A stretch of DNA of 64,000 bases from Tubiluchus corallicola (taxonomy: Eukaryota > Animalia > Priapulida): the NCBI GenBank assembly GCA_030141605.1, contig JAQGDQ010000442.1:62001-126000 (forward strand), read 5' to 3'. How positions within the stretch are numbered: the first letter of the stretch is position 1; each line of letters opens with the position of its first letter. The translations under genes were made by a program, and so were the position numbers. The notes under the pieces are model-generated. The model saw only the letters and a list, made by a program, of their open reading frames with translations, was not told where the DNA came from and searched no databases. Positions 43,519 to 56,390 of the stretch are shown here, piece by piece.

Positions 43519-44029
43519 GAATCATAAACAACGACACAATGTATTTATAATGAGTTAATATGTATTTATAATGCATTAATGCACAATGTAACAATATGTA
43601 ACTATACCATTAACAGATTATCTGACTCAGAGATTATGCACAGTCAAAAGCAGAATGAGAAATGTTACCCAATGCTCTGGATGGCTTTTATAGAAGGATT
43701 TGATCCTAAAACAGCGTTCCCACAGAATTTAAAAATAAATTTCCCTGACTTTTCCACGACTTTTCCCTGACCAAATATTGATTTTCCATGACCAAGATAA
43801 GCAGAAATTGCATTACCAGTATACACATTCAAACATTTTTGTGTATGGATATTCATACATATACTGATACGTGTTGACACAGTTGCAGTAGTGCTAACGA
43901 ATTTACACTAATCACATTAAATAAAATTTCTTAATCCAATCATTAATTTTGGAACAGAAATTGAAACTGGGAACCTGCCATAGCTAAATTTTCTTTGAAC
44001 ACGAATTGCTGAAAGATATGTTTGAAAAA

Positions 44030-47000
44030 ATAGTAGAAGAAGAGGGACGAGCATCCCGAAGCTCATAAAAAAATAGGACACAAAATTAAAAAATTAAAAA
44101 AAATAAGAAATGTAAAAAAAATTAAAAAATGTAAAACCAAAAAAATTAAAAAATGTAAAATAAAAAAAACATTTCGAGGAAACCAAACCTCAATAAAAAA
44201 TTGAACCAAAAAAACTTGTTTGTGGATGCATTGATATTTTGCTTCGTGAACATCTAGCCCTGTGTTTTGTGACCCTGCAGCCCCGTGCGTGTACGAGTTT
44301 TTAAAGAAACAAAACGGAAGACTAACAATAAATAAATAAAAATAAAGACCTGGTGTATATCAAGAAGATTCTGCTGTAAGCAAAATGTTAATTAGTAAGT
44401 CTCAAGCAGTTTCACATCTGCACTGGGACTCGCACCACGGTCTTCTTCTCTCCCGGACTCCATGCTAAACCCTACACTACAACGGCACGATGCTTTTTAG
44501 ACTTGAGAATTTACTAATACGTTTTTTTCTGTAGGATGGAAAAGAAAAGGAGAGAAGGAACAAGGAAACAGAAAGAAAACTGAACGAAGAGCTGGCAGTG
44601 ACCATTTTCGGATGGTCGCTGCCAGGACAGGTGAACGTATAGGGGCAATGGTAAGACTTGGTTTCAAATCACTTCTTTATTGTACATGGTAGTTTCAGTG
44701 TAGTGCATGTACTAAAATTTCTCGTAGTTTTTCCACATGACGAGACACAAACATTCAGGGGAGAGGATGCAAATATGACACTAGTTGCTTCATGGCGTTG
44801 CTTTTGCTAAACTCCTAAAAAATTTCTACAGAAAATGATTAAAAATTATGGAATTAGGAAATTGGAAATAGGATAGAGACTGTTTATTTGATCAGTTCTG
44901 TCAAATCAGATATACCAGCATGTACCAGAAGGATAGTTTCCTGCAAGCAATTACACCATTGGTTCATGTTGTCACCTTCATATATAGAATCTAAAGAGGA
45001 GAATTAAAGATGGCGTCCAGCTATTGTACGTAAAGGATTCCGAATATAATGATGATGTCCCATGATCATTTGCAAGTTTAAGAATGAGTGGAAGACACTC
45101 AATTAATTGTCAGCTTTGGCTGGCTTAGTTGACGGAAAGACCAACCTGTCTTCCCTTTTTTAGACCTTTGGTAAACAACTAACTTCGAATTTTTATTGCT
45201 TACGCTACTGTGGCTTCTTTAGTCCCCGGCTTCACTGCGAGTGGGTCTCTGTGCATAATTAATAATACGTCAGTAGTAACTAGTATCGGCTGCTCGTTTC
45301 TGTTTAACAAAACAAACACAGTATTGTAATTTATGACTACTGTCATCTATTGTATGTGTGTTACTTAAGGTATTATAATTTTTAATATGAAGTTAATGTG
45401 TACTTCTAATTCATATAATTATCAGTTTTGTCTAAGTTTTGGATTTTTCTGTGTTTTGCAGGAGTAGAAGAAGAGGGACGAGCATCCCTAAGCTCGTAAA
45501 AAAATTGGACACAAAATTAAAAAATTTAAAAGAAAATAAAAAATGTAAAACAAAAAAATTAAAAAATGTAAAACAAAAAAAATAAAAAAAATGTAAAATA
45601 AAAAAACATTTCGATGAAACCGAACCTCAATAAAAAATTGGACCAAAAAAACTTGTTTGTGGATGCATTGATATTTTGCTTCGTGAACATCTAGCCCTGT
45701 GTTTTGTGACCCTCCGCCCCCAGCCCCGTGCGTGTACGAGTTTTTAAAGAAACAAAACGGAAGACTAACAATAAATAAATAAAAATAAAGACCTGGTGTA
45801 TATCAAGAAGATTCTGCTGTAAGCAAAATGTTAATTAGTAAGTCTCAAGCAGTTTCATATCTGCACTGGGACTCGCACCATGGTCTTCTTCTCTCCCAGA
45901 CTCCATGCTAAACCCTACACTACAACGGCACGATGCTTTTTAGACTTGAGAATTTACTAATACGTTTTTTTTCTGTAGGATGGAAAAGAAAAGGAGAGAA
46001 GGAACAAGGAAACAGAAAGAAAACTGAACGAAGAGCTGGCGGTGACCATTTTCGGATGATCGCTGCCAGGACAGGTGAACGTATAGGGGCAATGGTAAGA
46101 CTTGGTTTCAAATCACTTCTTTATTGTACATGGTAGTTTCAGTGTAGTGCATGTACTAAAATTTCTCGTAGTTTTTCCACATGACGAGACACAAACATTC
46201 AGGGGAGAGGATGCAAATATGACACTAGTTGCTTCATGGCGCTGCTTTCGCTAAACTCCTAAAAAATTTCTACAGAAAACGATTAAAAATTATGGAATTA
46301 GGAAATTGGAAATAGGATAGAGACTGTTTATTTGATCAGTTCTGTCAAATCAGATATACCAGCATGTACCAGAAGGATAGTTTCCTGCAAGCGATTACAC
46401 CTTTGGTTCATGCTGTCACCTTCATATATACAATCTAGAGAGGAGAATTAAACATGGCGTCCAGCTATTGTACGTAAAGGATTCCGAATATAATGATGAT
46501 GTCCCACGATCATTTGCAAGTTTACGAATGAGTGGAAGACACTCAATTACTTGTCAGCTTTTGTTGGCTTAGTTGACGGAAAGACCAACCTGTCTTCCCT
46601 TTTTTAGACCTTTGGTAAACAACTAACTTCGAATTTTTATTGCTTACGCTACTGTGGCTTCTTTAGTCCCCGGCTTCACTAAACTTCAATAGTTAGGCTT
46701 CACTGCGAATGGGTCTCTGTGCATAATTAATAATACGTTAGTAGTAACTAGTATTGGCTGCTCGTTTCTGTTTAACAAAACAAACACAGTATTGTAATTT
46801 ATGACTACTGTCATCTATTGTATGTGTGTTACTTAAGGTATTATAATTTTTAATGTGAAGTTAATGTGTACTTTTAATTCATATAATTATCAGTTTTGTC
46901 TAAGTTTTGGATTTTTCTGTGTTTTGCAGGAGTAGAAGGAGTAGTAGAAGAAGGATTACGATGAGAAGATACGATGAGAGCATACCTAAGCTCGGTAAAA

Positions 47001-47170
47001 AATTGGACGAAAAATTAAAAAATTAAAAAATGTAAAACAAAAAAAATTAAAAAATGTAAAACAAAAAAAAAATAAAAAATGTAAAATAAAATAAAATTTG
47101 AGGAAACCGAACCTCAGTAAAAAATTGGAAACAAAAAAACTTGTTTGTGGATGCATTGATATTTTGCTAA
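44030..47170 (+). repeat. Tandem duplication of a ~1.45 kb module (about 2.2 copies)
   Basis: Units start at ~44031, 45462 and 46930 and are highly similar; a partial related copy lies at ~59690-60150. Confidence 0.92.
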
Positions 47171-47938
47171 TAATGTTGTTGATAATGACTTTGATAATTA
47201 TTATATAATATTTTGCTTAAAATGATACCTTAAGTATATAATATTTTGACGGATATAATTTGTCCGGAATGTTGTGTTCATTCTGATTGCTGGCTTCATG
47301 AAGAGCTACCCAAATTTATCAGGGTGAATAATTTATATCAAAAGTGAGAGTACCAGCGAATGAACTCAATTGCTCAATAACTATAATAAAACTATGACGT
47401 TTCTCTTCCATTTCACTCTTGAACAGTTAAACGAGCGTGGTGTTTTTCTTTTAATTCCTGTTGCGTTGGCTTTGGTTCTTTTGAAACTGGAACACTTATG
47501 GGGGGGGGGGCAAATCAACTTTTAATCTGTGCACTTCCACAACTTTGTTTACTAAATTTATAGCATGACTAGGTTTACTCTGCTGCGGAGAACGTAGGTC
47601 CCATGTTTTCCTTTTTCTGGAGTAAATGACATCGTGTTTTGTGATCTGTGGATCAATTGGCATTTCTTGGAGACTATTCCAGTGGAGTGCAGCAAGCAAA
47701 TGCCTTGCTTTCATTCCTAAAATCAAACGAAATCATGTAAGCTTACCACTCAATGGTTTCTTCTTTCTTAAAATGTCTGATTCAATGTTTATGTTAAATA
47801 TTCAATTATAATGTAAATTATAAGGATCTTGTGCTATTTCTATTTTTCATACATTGGTCAGCAATAACATATATTATTAATTGTGATGAAGGCAGTTGAA
47901 AACACTGTAAATATATTACTTTGTCATTTTCAGACACG

Positions 47939-47973
<35 letters not shown>

Positions 47974-50002
47974 TATCACTTAAATATCCATTGTACTTTA
48001 GGCATTTCAGACAAAGTAGCTAGTTTTCAATCAATATATTTATCTAGAAACAGTTTTGACAACAGTGTTCAGAGTTTTTGAATTAAAATAAACTCTACTT
48101 TTCATTTAAATTACACCATAATATAAATATTTTCGTTTTTTTTGGACAAACGTCATGCGACTACTGTACATGAACCCTATAGTTGGAAAACATACCTGAA
48201 TAAGGAAAATGCTGCCGCTTGCTACAATACTTCAGTACCAAGCTATGGAACACCTCAAGTTCCCCAGTATGGCAAAAGTTTACTAGGAGTGGTAAAGCCT
48301 TCATTAAGCTTTTATCCAAAACAACAGCTTGTAGAGCTTTATGAGGTGGTGACCCTGCCTCTGGCCATGATGTAGTTCTTTCTTCAGCAACTCATGAGCA
48401 CATTTGTGGTACAGCACATCACCAACCCAACTGTGTTTATTGGATATGTGGTTCAAAATAGAGATCCACATTTCCCTGCAGAAAATAATGTCAGGATTAA
48501 TTGAAATTTTTCTATAATCAACAAATATCTGTAAAAATTCACGATTTGAATACTAAAAGACATTAACTTTTTTTACAAGCTTACCTTAGCAATTGGGGAT
48601 CTCCTTTGCACATTCCGCAACACCACCACAAGTGATTACAAATGCTTTGGATCCATGGACCTAGGTCTTGCAAGATTTTGATTTTGTGTTTGCTGCGAGG
48701 TTTTTAGTAACATTCTTGGCAACATGCCACATGTCAAACTCATGAGTTATATCAGGGAATTCTTTCTTCATTATTGATGTTACAGTGGTGTGGCGATCCG
48801 TTGCTAAAATGCATGGCTTAATGTTATCATGTTTCAGCCTATTCAATGATCTCCTGAGACCTTCCGGCTCCATAGTGTTTGAGTTTTTAACCTATGCAAA
48901 GAAAACAGATATCGAATTAATATCCCATAATATGTGTTATCAGTATGTTACTACTTATTTAATTTTTTGCAAACAGAAATAGTTCAGGCCGTCAACTGAT
49001 GCTTTTATTACTTGTCAAATTGTGATTGAAATGTCTTGGTGTAAATTTAGAATGTCTTTTAACAGTTGCTGTTGTAGTTATCCTGTAATGTAATGTTGAA
49101 AAAAACAAACCTCAGATACTTGTACATCAACAATTTTTCTCGTTCCCGGGATTTGTCTCCCATCAGCATGCATAAGGGAGTAGCACTGTATTTGGCAGAG
49201 TGCCCAGGACTGTCACTGCGTGCATCACCAGCTAGTATAAGCGTTTCTTGTTGAAGGTGTTTGAGTGCATTATATTGTGAGAGACCAAGCTTCTTGAATA
49301 ACGGGAAAGAGTTGACTTTTCAGAATTTTAAGGAACGTTGTTTTTGAAAAAAGTTACAAATTAATAGCTTTAGCGTTATCGTGTATAATGGTGTAAGTGG
49401 CTCCTGTAAATAATGTAGCCGCAGCAGTAATTAGTAAGTTGCTCATTGGCATCTGATGTTGTAAAGGTTGTGACTTCCAACTATATATGTGTCCAGCATG
49501 ACACTCCACTTTAACAGTTAGCATAGATCCTAATGTGGAAGTTTCCTTGTAGACAATAGTGAGACCACAGACTTTGCAAAAATTGAATAATTCCATAAGA
49601 TTGGATTCAAACACAGTATATTTGCCTTCCTGCCCACTAATCTGCTTTACAGGTGTTTGTGTATGACTTTCTTCACTATTTTTTGGACTGTACTCTATGT
49701 CAGAAGCAGACTCTGGTGTGGAAGAGGATGAAGATGATGGCATGTCCTTCAGATAAGGTGATACGGCTCCTGCAGATGTGGATGGTGATTCCATGTTTGG
49801 TGCATACGAATGTTCAATTTGAATATGTCCCGGTGTTCCATAGCTCAGTTCAGATGCAGCTGTTGGTCGTTGGGACTCCTGAAAAATAAGTAACAGTGTA
49901 AGCACACTATCAACACTGGTCAGTATAAACTATAAACAAGTATTCATTACAATTAATGTTTGATTAATTAATCACGTTATTATATTTAAAGGTATTCACG
50001 TA

Positions 50003-50556
50003 CACTGTTGTTGTTGGCATCCTTCTGTCTCGGAAGACAATGGAGTGTGCGCCAAGAGAGTCAGTTATTGATCACATTGATGGAGCTGCAGCGTCGACTG
50101 TGGCTGAGCAGTGCGATCCTTGAACGTTTCCAGTGCGCATGCCTGGGCAAGGTGTATGGAAATCCTGAGTTGCCCAGGCAACAGGAACCCCCTCTCTTTC
50201 TCCCTGGTGTAGTCCAAAGGAAAGCGGAGGGATACATTTGGCACCAGGGTGGCTGCAGGAGCTGCCGGAGTCAGTGAGCATGCTGCACTGGTCCCGCCTT
50301 CGGGGCCCCACTCCTGATTTGGAAGGTTTACTCCTCTACACATGGCCGTTGGGTCACTTGACCTCCTCCGCTCTCTAGCCGTTGTCTGCTTGTGCAGCTC
50401 CTCCGCCTAGTGTCGAGATACAGTGTGGGCATCCCGCAAGCCTACAGCACCTGATATTCCTAGGCAGTCACCCATCCAAGTACTAACCAAGCTCTACGTT
50501 GCTTAACTTCGGTGATCAGACGAGAACCGGTGTTTTCAGCGTGATATGGCCATAGT
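50003..50556 (-). mobile_element. Full-length 5S rRNA-headed SINE with RTE-derived tail, copy 2
   Basis: 5S-like head 50438-50556; tail encodes SHSRRCSS* then CCATTGTCTTCCGAGACAGAAGGATGC(CAA)n; TSD TATTCACGTA at 49993-50002 and 50557-50566. Confidence 0.85.
50438..50556 (-). pseudogene. 5S rRNA-derived sequence (SINE head)
   Basis: Reverse complement ATGGCCATATCACGCTGAAAACACCGGTTCTCGTCTGATCACCGAAGTTAAGCAACGTAGAGCTTGGTTAGTACTTGGATGGGTGACTGCCTAGGAATATCAGGTGCTGTAGGCTT, ~119 nt. Confidence 0.8.
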
Positions 50557-50667
50557 TATTCACGTATAACAGCAAGTAAAACTTCAAATTGAGTGAACTG
50601 ACATTTAGAAAGTTTTTAGAAATAAGCCATGGCATGTATCTACAGACTAGGTCTACATTACATTATA

Positions 50668-51160
50668 CAGTCTAGCCTCGTTATCTCGCCACTGTCCGTC
50701 TAGGGCAAATTTTTGGCGAGAGGCGAGTATGGCGAGATAACGGGAATATAACGAAGTTAGTCTATATGTATATACATAATAGTTGATTAACATAGTGTTC
50801 CTCTATGTACATTAACCTGCGCATTAACCAACCACAGCACTCCTAATCTAATCCTGGTGAGACACACACTAGATTAATTATGTCTGTCTATAGAGTACAG
50901 CAGCATTGTCTACATACCGCAGTTATATTGATCGACACGCGGTATATGTATTGATCGATTCACCTCTGAGTTTGTCTGTTTGGTGACATAACGAATATAG
51001 TTTACATAAGCACTCATCCTAGCATGACGTGGCGAGGGCGAGAAGCGAGGGTGGCGACTTAACGAGGTAAATATCAAAGCAGGAAATCCGTCCTGGTACT
51101 TTCTATGGCGAGAGATGAGTTTGGCGGCATAACGAGGGTCGAGATAACGAGGCTAGACTG
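50668..51160. mobile_element. Tc1/pogo (Tigger)-like MITE
   Basis: TIR CAGTCTAGCCTCGTTATCTCG / CGAGATAACGAGGCTAGACTG with TA on both sides. Confidence 0.88.
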
Positions 51161-54100
51161 TAATCAAATGTATGCACATTCTTTTGAATTTAACACGTGA
51201 CATTAAACAACCAAGTTTGATTGCCTGAACAAAAATAACAAGTTATACCAATGTTAATGCAATAGGTGAAGCCACTCGTGTCATTTTAGAAGCAGATCGT
51301 GGAGGCGGTGCATATGTGTGGTCACGCCTAACACGCCCAGATGTGCCATAAACTGGTGCTGGAATGGCTGTTGGTCTGCGCTGTATAAGAAAAAAAATCG
51401 AAATTTGATGATTAAACTGCAAAATTATGTAGGATTTTAATTATGTTGCGAAAAAGACTGTAGTTAAATCAGCACAATTTTTTTTCTTTCTGGACATTGT
51501 TTGCAAATTGACTTGGATAGTGCTGGCATAGATCGACCTGTTTACAATAAAAGGCCAACAACGTGAAGGTATTTAAGGATATGTGTTCCTATACTAAATA
51601 GCTATATTGTTTGTTAATAATAAATATAATTCTTTATTGCCAGAAAGTTCTAACAATTGTGCACACTCCACATAACAAAACTTGTAAAAATGATTTTGAG
51701 CTAATAACTTTTTTGTAAATTGCACAACAATGCAAAGTTTCACCAAGAGTGAAATAACTGTGCAAACATCCTTCATTTCAGGCAATTTGCTAGACTGACA
51801 AAAATATCAATTTTCTGGAGCTTATTGGCAAGTCAGTCTTCGCCATTATTTAATGTTAGTAAGATCATTTTAAGTAAAAATAGTGTTTTTAGATAATTAA
51901 TCGTGCGATAGCAAGAGATTCTACTGCACTGCATAGATAATGGTTTCACAGAAACATAATATGCATTTTAGCATTAAAAAGGAAAATTACAAACAAGGCA
52001 GAAAATCAGGCAATACAAAGTTTGCTTTCTTACAGGTGTCATCTCAGTAATAGCATACAATTCTGGTAATCCTAAAGACGAACGTGTTGCGGCAGCTTCT
52101 GCTGTTTTCTTTTTCTTTAATGACGTATGAAATTCCTGAAAAAAACAATTTTTAGCACACAATTCATGCACTAGAACTAAGAAGGTTACATGCATGTACT
52201 CTAGTCATCTATACAGAAGATAAGATTACAGTTACTGTTAAGTGTAACTTGTAAATGTAGTCACAACCAAAACTAAATTTATGCAAAACAAAAAGCTTTC
52301 ACAAAGTTACAAGATGCCGCAAATTCTTGAAATGTGTATTGCATCAACCTACCTTCTTTTTAATTTGCTGCAGCTAAATAATAGATCACAATAATTGAGT
52401 CTAATTCATGTCAATCCAACACACTAATTACACAGATAAATGAACATACCTCTGTGGAAGACAAGGTAGAGTAACGTTTGGAAATATCTTTTGCTGATGC
52501 TGCAATTGACTTCCGTGTCCTTTTGATGGTCTGCTAAAACAACAGAAACAATAATATAAAACTAGCAAAGGCCCGCAAAAAATTTTGCGTACAAATTCAC
52601 GTATAATCAAATATACGCGAACATCCTACATAGTCCTCGTTTTTATCACGCGAAAAGCCAGCAGCAGCAGCAGCTTTTACTGAATTAAAGCTATAAGGTT
52701 ACAGACAGAGTATAATGGATGACGTCAGAACAATGGTTTGCGTCAGCAGTTTTCCAAGCGAAAATTGCCAAAAATGGAACATCTAATTAACTCGTGGTCA
52801 CTCCTCTTGGTAGAACTGTCCTAACATATAGCTTACATCATCGTATAGCCCTGTTCTTCCTCTTTCTAAAGAGCCATTATCTCGTTCCGAGAGTCCCACC
52901 AGGTGCCGCTAGAACGTTTTTTTCGCATGCTGTTTGAGCAAAATTTCGAAAAAATCGCGAGTTGGGTCGGGGAAAAAGCCTGTTACTGGAGACGCCGTGG
53001 CCCTCTTGCAAATTCTAAATATGCCTACTACACCCATCACTGAACGGGCTATCTATCCATGGCCAGCATCACCCATGGCCCCTTCCAGTTCTCCAGATCT
53101 CGGACGTATAACTTTTACAAAAAACGGTCGAAAAATGGTTTTTTGCCCCCCGTTCGGCCCGATTTGAAAAATAAACCCCCAATGGCATGACACTAGATCA
53201 AGACCTTTTGTTTGATAAATATATATATATATATACCAGTAGAATTAATATACACGATGAGTTTGTCTTAAAATGAGTTAGTATGGTAACATGGATACCA
53301 TAGGTGCTCATTCAAAATTATTGTTTCTTTGCTGCCTGTAAAAGGCAGGTAGGTATAACAGAAACAATTGTCAATATTTACAAAAAGCAAAATAAGACCA
53401 TAATTGCTGTATTTCCTGGATATTACAGCTATTGGCACAATTGTAGATTATTAGCTATATTTCATTCAATTGCAAGCATTATTGGTATTCAGTGCTCGTG
53501 CGCTGCATATAAAGTACAAGTGTTTAGTAATACACGACATAGTAGGGCATCACAGATTTAAATAAGACTAGTTTTCTTTTAAAAAATGTATTCTCCTCAT
53601 TACAGTCAAATTGCTTTAGCTGAAGTTAGAATAGTGTGACTTAAAATACTTTACAGTCACAGAATTGTTTTTCCCTTTTAAGGAGACAATTATTGCTAAC
53701 ATGGTTAAAATTTTGGTATGAATTTTTTTCTGATCTTCTGATCACTTCTGATTTTTGTATGATCGGGTTACTGAGACTTACCAATTTTGTTTTGGTTTTT
53801 TCTTCACTCTGTGGACTTTCAAGCAGTTTGGCAAGCAACTGTAAACAATTATAACCTTTAGTTAAGAATAATCGAGACAAGCTTTTTTCTTGTACAGGTG
53901 GAAAGTTTAGGCAATTTTATTTCGGTTACAGACAAATGTGTATAGTGAAGGTAAAATGTTGGTTTTTTATTCATTATTACTTGTAAGCGAAATATTTCTT
54001 CTCATACCTCTTTTCTTTCCTTCTCTGCAATTCGCTTTTCTGAATGCACACGTCGTTTAATCTTGAGACGATGCTTGAAAACAGTGGGCACCGCATCTTA

Positions 54101-55034
54101 CTTTAGCTTATTTCTTTTATACGGCAAGCCCATGATCTCATGATACATGCTAGGAACAAAGAACAAAACAGTCATCGGTGAAATGTTCAGAACAGAGTTT
54201 ACTCGAGTTCACGGGTTGAAAGTTTTTGCGGCGTAAATTACGTAGCCAATGCCTTAAAAGTTCAGCGGAAATCTATGCCACGTTATTTCTGGCCCTACAC
54301 TTTTGTGTGTTCAAGCACTCTGGTGCACTACACACTGGCATCTTCGTTGGCGTTTACTAATTAAATGTTCATATATAACACGTGTGGTAGTTAAAAAATT
54401 AAAATAAGCAAAAATCCTTAAAATTAAACTTTAAAAACAAAATTCTGTTTCCGTTTGGACTTTAGAACGCGAACTTCATTGTTGGTAGTGTACACAAACA
54501 ATTGCCATGGTGAGTCGGCAGTATCACAGGTCACGTGACGCGAGTAACCAATAGGTACCTTGCATCTTTATTCGAATAGCTCACAGCGCGAAGAAAGCTT
54601 TGTGCCAATCTAAAGGCGAACATGCCTGCGTTTTAGCGTTGCACGGCGTTTAAAATCTCCACCGCACCTTTCGTGTTGATCTGTAAACGTGAGTATTACA
54701 TACAAATAAGACCTTAGAAATGAGGTATAACTTTTCCACCTAGGCATTTCAAACTCAACATGCAACTGGTGTTGAACAAACAGTCATAAAGTTAGCAATA
54801 TGATATTTAACAGTAAAAAAATTTGCATCCTTTCTCAATGCTGTCTCTAGATCAACTGAAACTTGCATGCCTGAGAGAATAGAGCTGTAATCACATGACC
54901 AGAGATTCAAGTTCCTGTTGGAAGGTACATCATATTCATGCATACAGACCATAAATGGAAAGGTCACCCATACTCTACAGACTACTAGTTGAACCAAAAT
55001 CAGTCTACTTGGCTTCTTGATAGCAGAATAAAGA

Positions 55035-56390
55035 ATGGTTTACAGAAATCTGGAGCGTATCTACCCAGAGTCCCAGTCAGGGTATCGACGGGATCGCAGT
55101 ACCATTGATGGTATTTTTACGATTCGTCAGCTGATGGAGAAAACGAGAGAGCATAGAACATCAATGCATATTGCCTTTATCGACTTTACAAAGGCTTTTG
55201 ACAGTGTCAATCGCGAATTGCTGTACAAGGTGCTTTCAAAGTGTGGATGCCCGGATCGATTTACAAGTATGGTAAAAGCTCTACACACTGATATGCTAGC
55301 GCGTCTCTCTGTCAATGGCCAGCTTAGTGATCCTGTAGAATACAACAGCGGTGTGAAACAAGGCTGCAAGTTAGCTCCATCTCTTTTCGGACTTTTCGCT
55401 GCAGTCCTTTTGCAGGTAGCCTTCGGCAGACTTGGCTCGACGAAGAGCATTCATGTTCGATTCAGATATGATGGAGACATTTTTGACCTACGTCGACTCA
55501 AAGCAAGGACGAAGACACGAATGATGTTCCTGCGTGAAGCGCAATATGCCGATGACATAGCTATCTTCTCTGACAACCCGGAAGACCTTCAGGATCTCAT
55601 CGACATTTACAATGAAACTGCAAAGAGAATGGGACTGCGCATTAACAAAAGGAAGACTGAGACAATGAGTGTCGGCTCTAGCGACAGTGTCAATTTTACC
55701 ATTGACGGAGAACAGCTTGGAAGTGTGCAACGGTTCAAATATCTCGGAAGTTACATCTGCTCAGATACTCGATTGGATACTGAGCTTCATGCAAGAATTA
55801 ATGCTGCAGCCAGCTCTTTCGGCCGTATGAGGAAACGTGTCTTCGATAACCATGACCTTACCATCGCCACTAAACTGCAGGTGTACATGCATTGCATCAT
55901 TCCGCAGCTTTCCTATGGTCAGGAAACGTGGACGCTCTATCAAGATCAGGTCAGGTCTCTTCGTGCGGTTCAGCAGAGACATCTGCGTCACATCCTTCGT
56001 ATTCACTGGGACGACTATGTGCCAAACGAAGACGTGCTGGCTCGTGCCAAGATGGAAGATATCGAGGTTACGCTTACTAAGGCTCAACTTCGGTGGTTTG
56101 GGCATGTGGTCAGAATGAACGATAAGAGACCGACAAAGGCTCTTCTTCATGGAGAACTAACCAGTGGCTCTCGCAGTGTTGGTCGTCCTCTTCTTCGCTT
56201 CAAGGACAAGGTGAAGTTCTTTCTGAGGAAAGGTGGAATGTTGGACAAGCTGCCTTTCGCAGTTCACGACCGTCTTGCATGGAGATCCCTAGTCAACAAC
56301 TGTGCCGAAAAACTCGATGAAGAAAGACGGATGCTTGGATATGCAAGAAGGTTCAAGTCGTGGATAAGAGATGGTTTCATGGACATCTGA
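55035..56390 (+). CDS. Reverse transcriptase of an RTE-clade non-LTR retrotransposon (5'-truncated, uninterrupted 451 aa)
   Basis: PESQSGYR..RSTID, FIDFTKAFDSV, GVKQGCKLAPSLF, YADD, FKYLGS, LRWFGHVVRM, GRP.LRFKD; endonuclease domain absent. Confidence 0.92.
   Translation: MVYRNLERIYPESQSGYRRDRSTIDGIFTIRQLMEKTREHRTSMHIAFIDFTKAFDSVNRELLYKVLSKCGCPDRFTSMVKALHTDMLARLSVNGQLSDPVEYNSGVKQGCKLAPSLFGLFAAVLLQVAFGRLGSTKSIHVRFRYDGDIFDLRRLKARTKTRMMFLREAQYADDIAIFSDNPEDLQDLIDIYNETAKRMGLRINKRKTETMSVGSSDSVNFTIDGEQLGSVQRFKYLGSYICSDTRLDTELHARINAAASSFGRMRKRVFDNHDLTIATKLQVYMHCIIPQLSYGQETWTLYQDQVRSLRAVQQRHLRHILRIHWDDYVPNEDVLARAKMEDIEVTLTKAQLRWFGHVVRMNDKRPTKALLHGELTSGSRSVGRPLLRFKDKVKFFLRKGGMLDKLPFAVHDRLAWRSLVNNCAEKLDEERRMLGYARRFKSWIRDGFMDI

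Larger units (their letters stand above)
47496..54341 (-). mobile_element. Decayed THAP + DDE transposase gene of Kolobok type, about 9 exons
   Basis: Exons 54008-54341 (THAP: MPVCSAPEC..WHRFP..WLRNLRRKNFQP..KLCSEHF..DAVPTVF), 53782-53838, 52450-52533, 52034-52135, 51249-51380, 49111-49878 (CKVC..CHAGH..WKSQP; LAGDARSDSPGHSAKY), 48585-48891 (MEPEGL..TDRH..HEFDMWHVAK..NHLWW), 48196-48475 (HTGELEVFHS), 47496-47716 (MKARHLLAALHWN). Contains stops and frameshifts. The superfamily call is from recalled motifs. Confidence 0.8.

Noticed and set aside
44420-44488. tRNA gene on the minus strand (also ~37615-37675)
   Set aside because: Only degenerate A/B boxes; no convincing cloverleaf.
47250-47350. 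Possible KolX remnant (..MKSYPNLSG*) facing the transposase
   Set aside because: Similarity too weak; the cysteine-rich motifs are absent.
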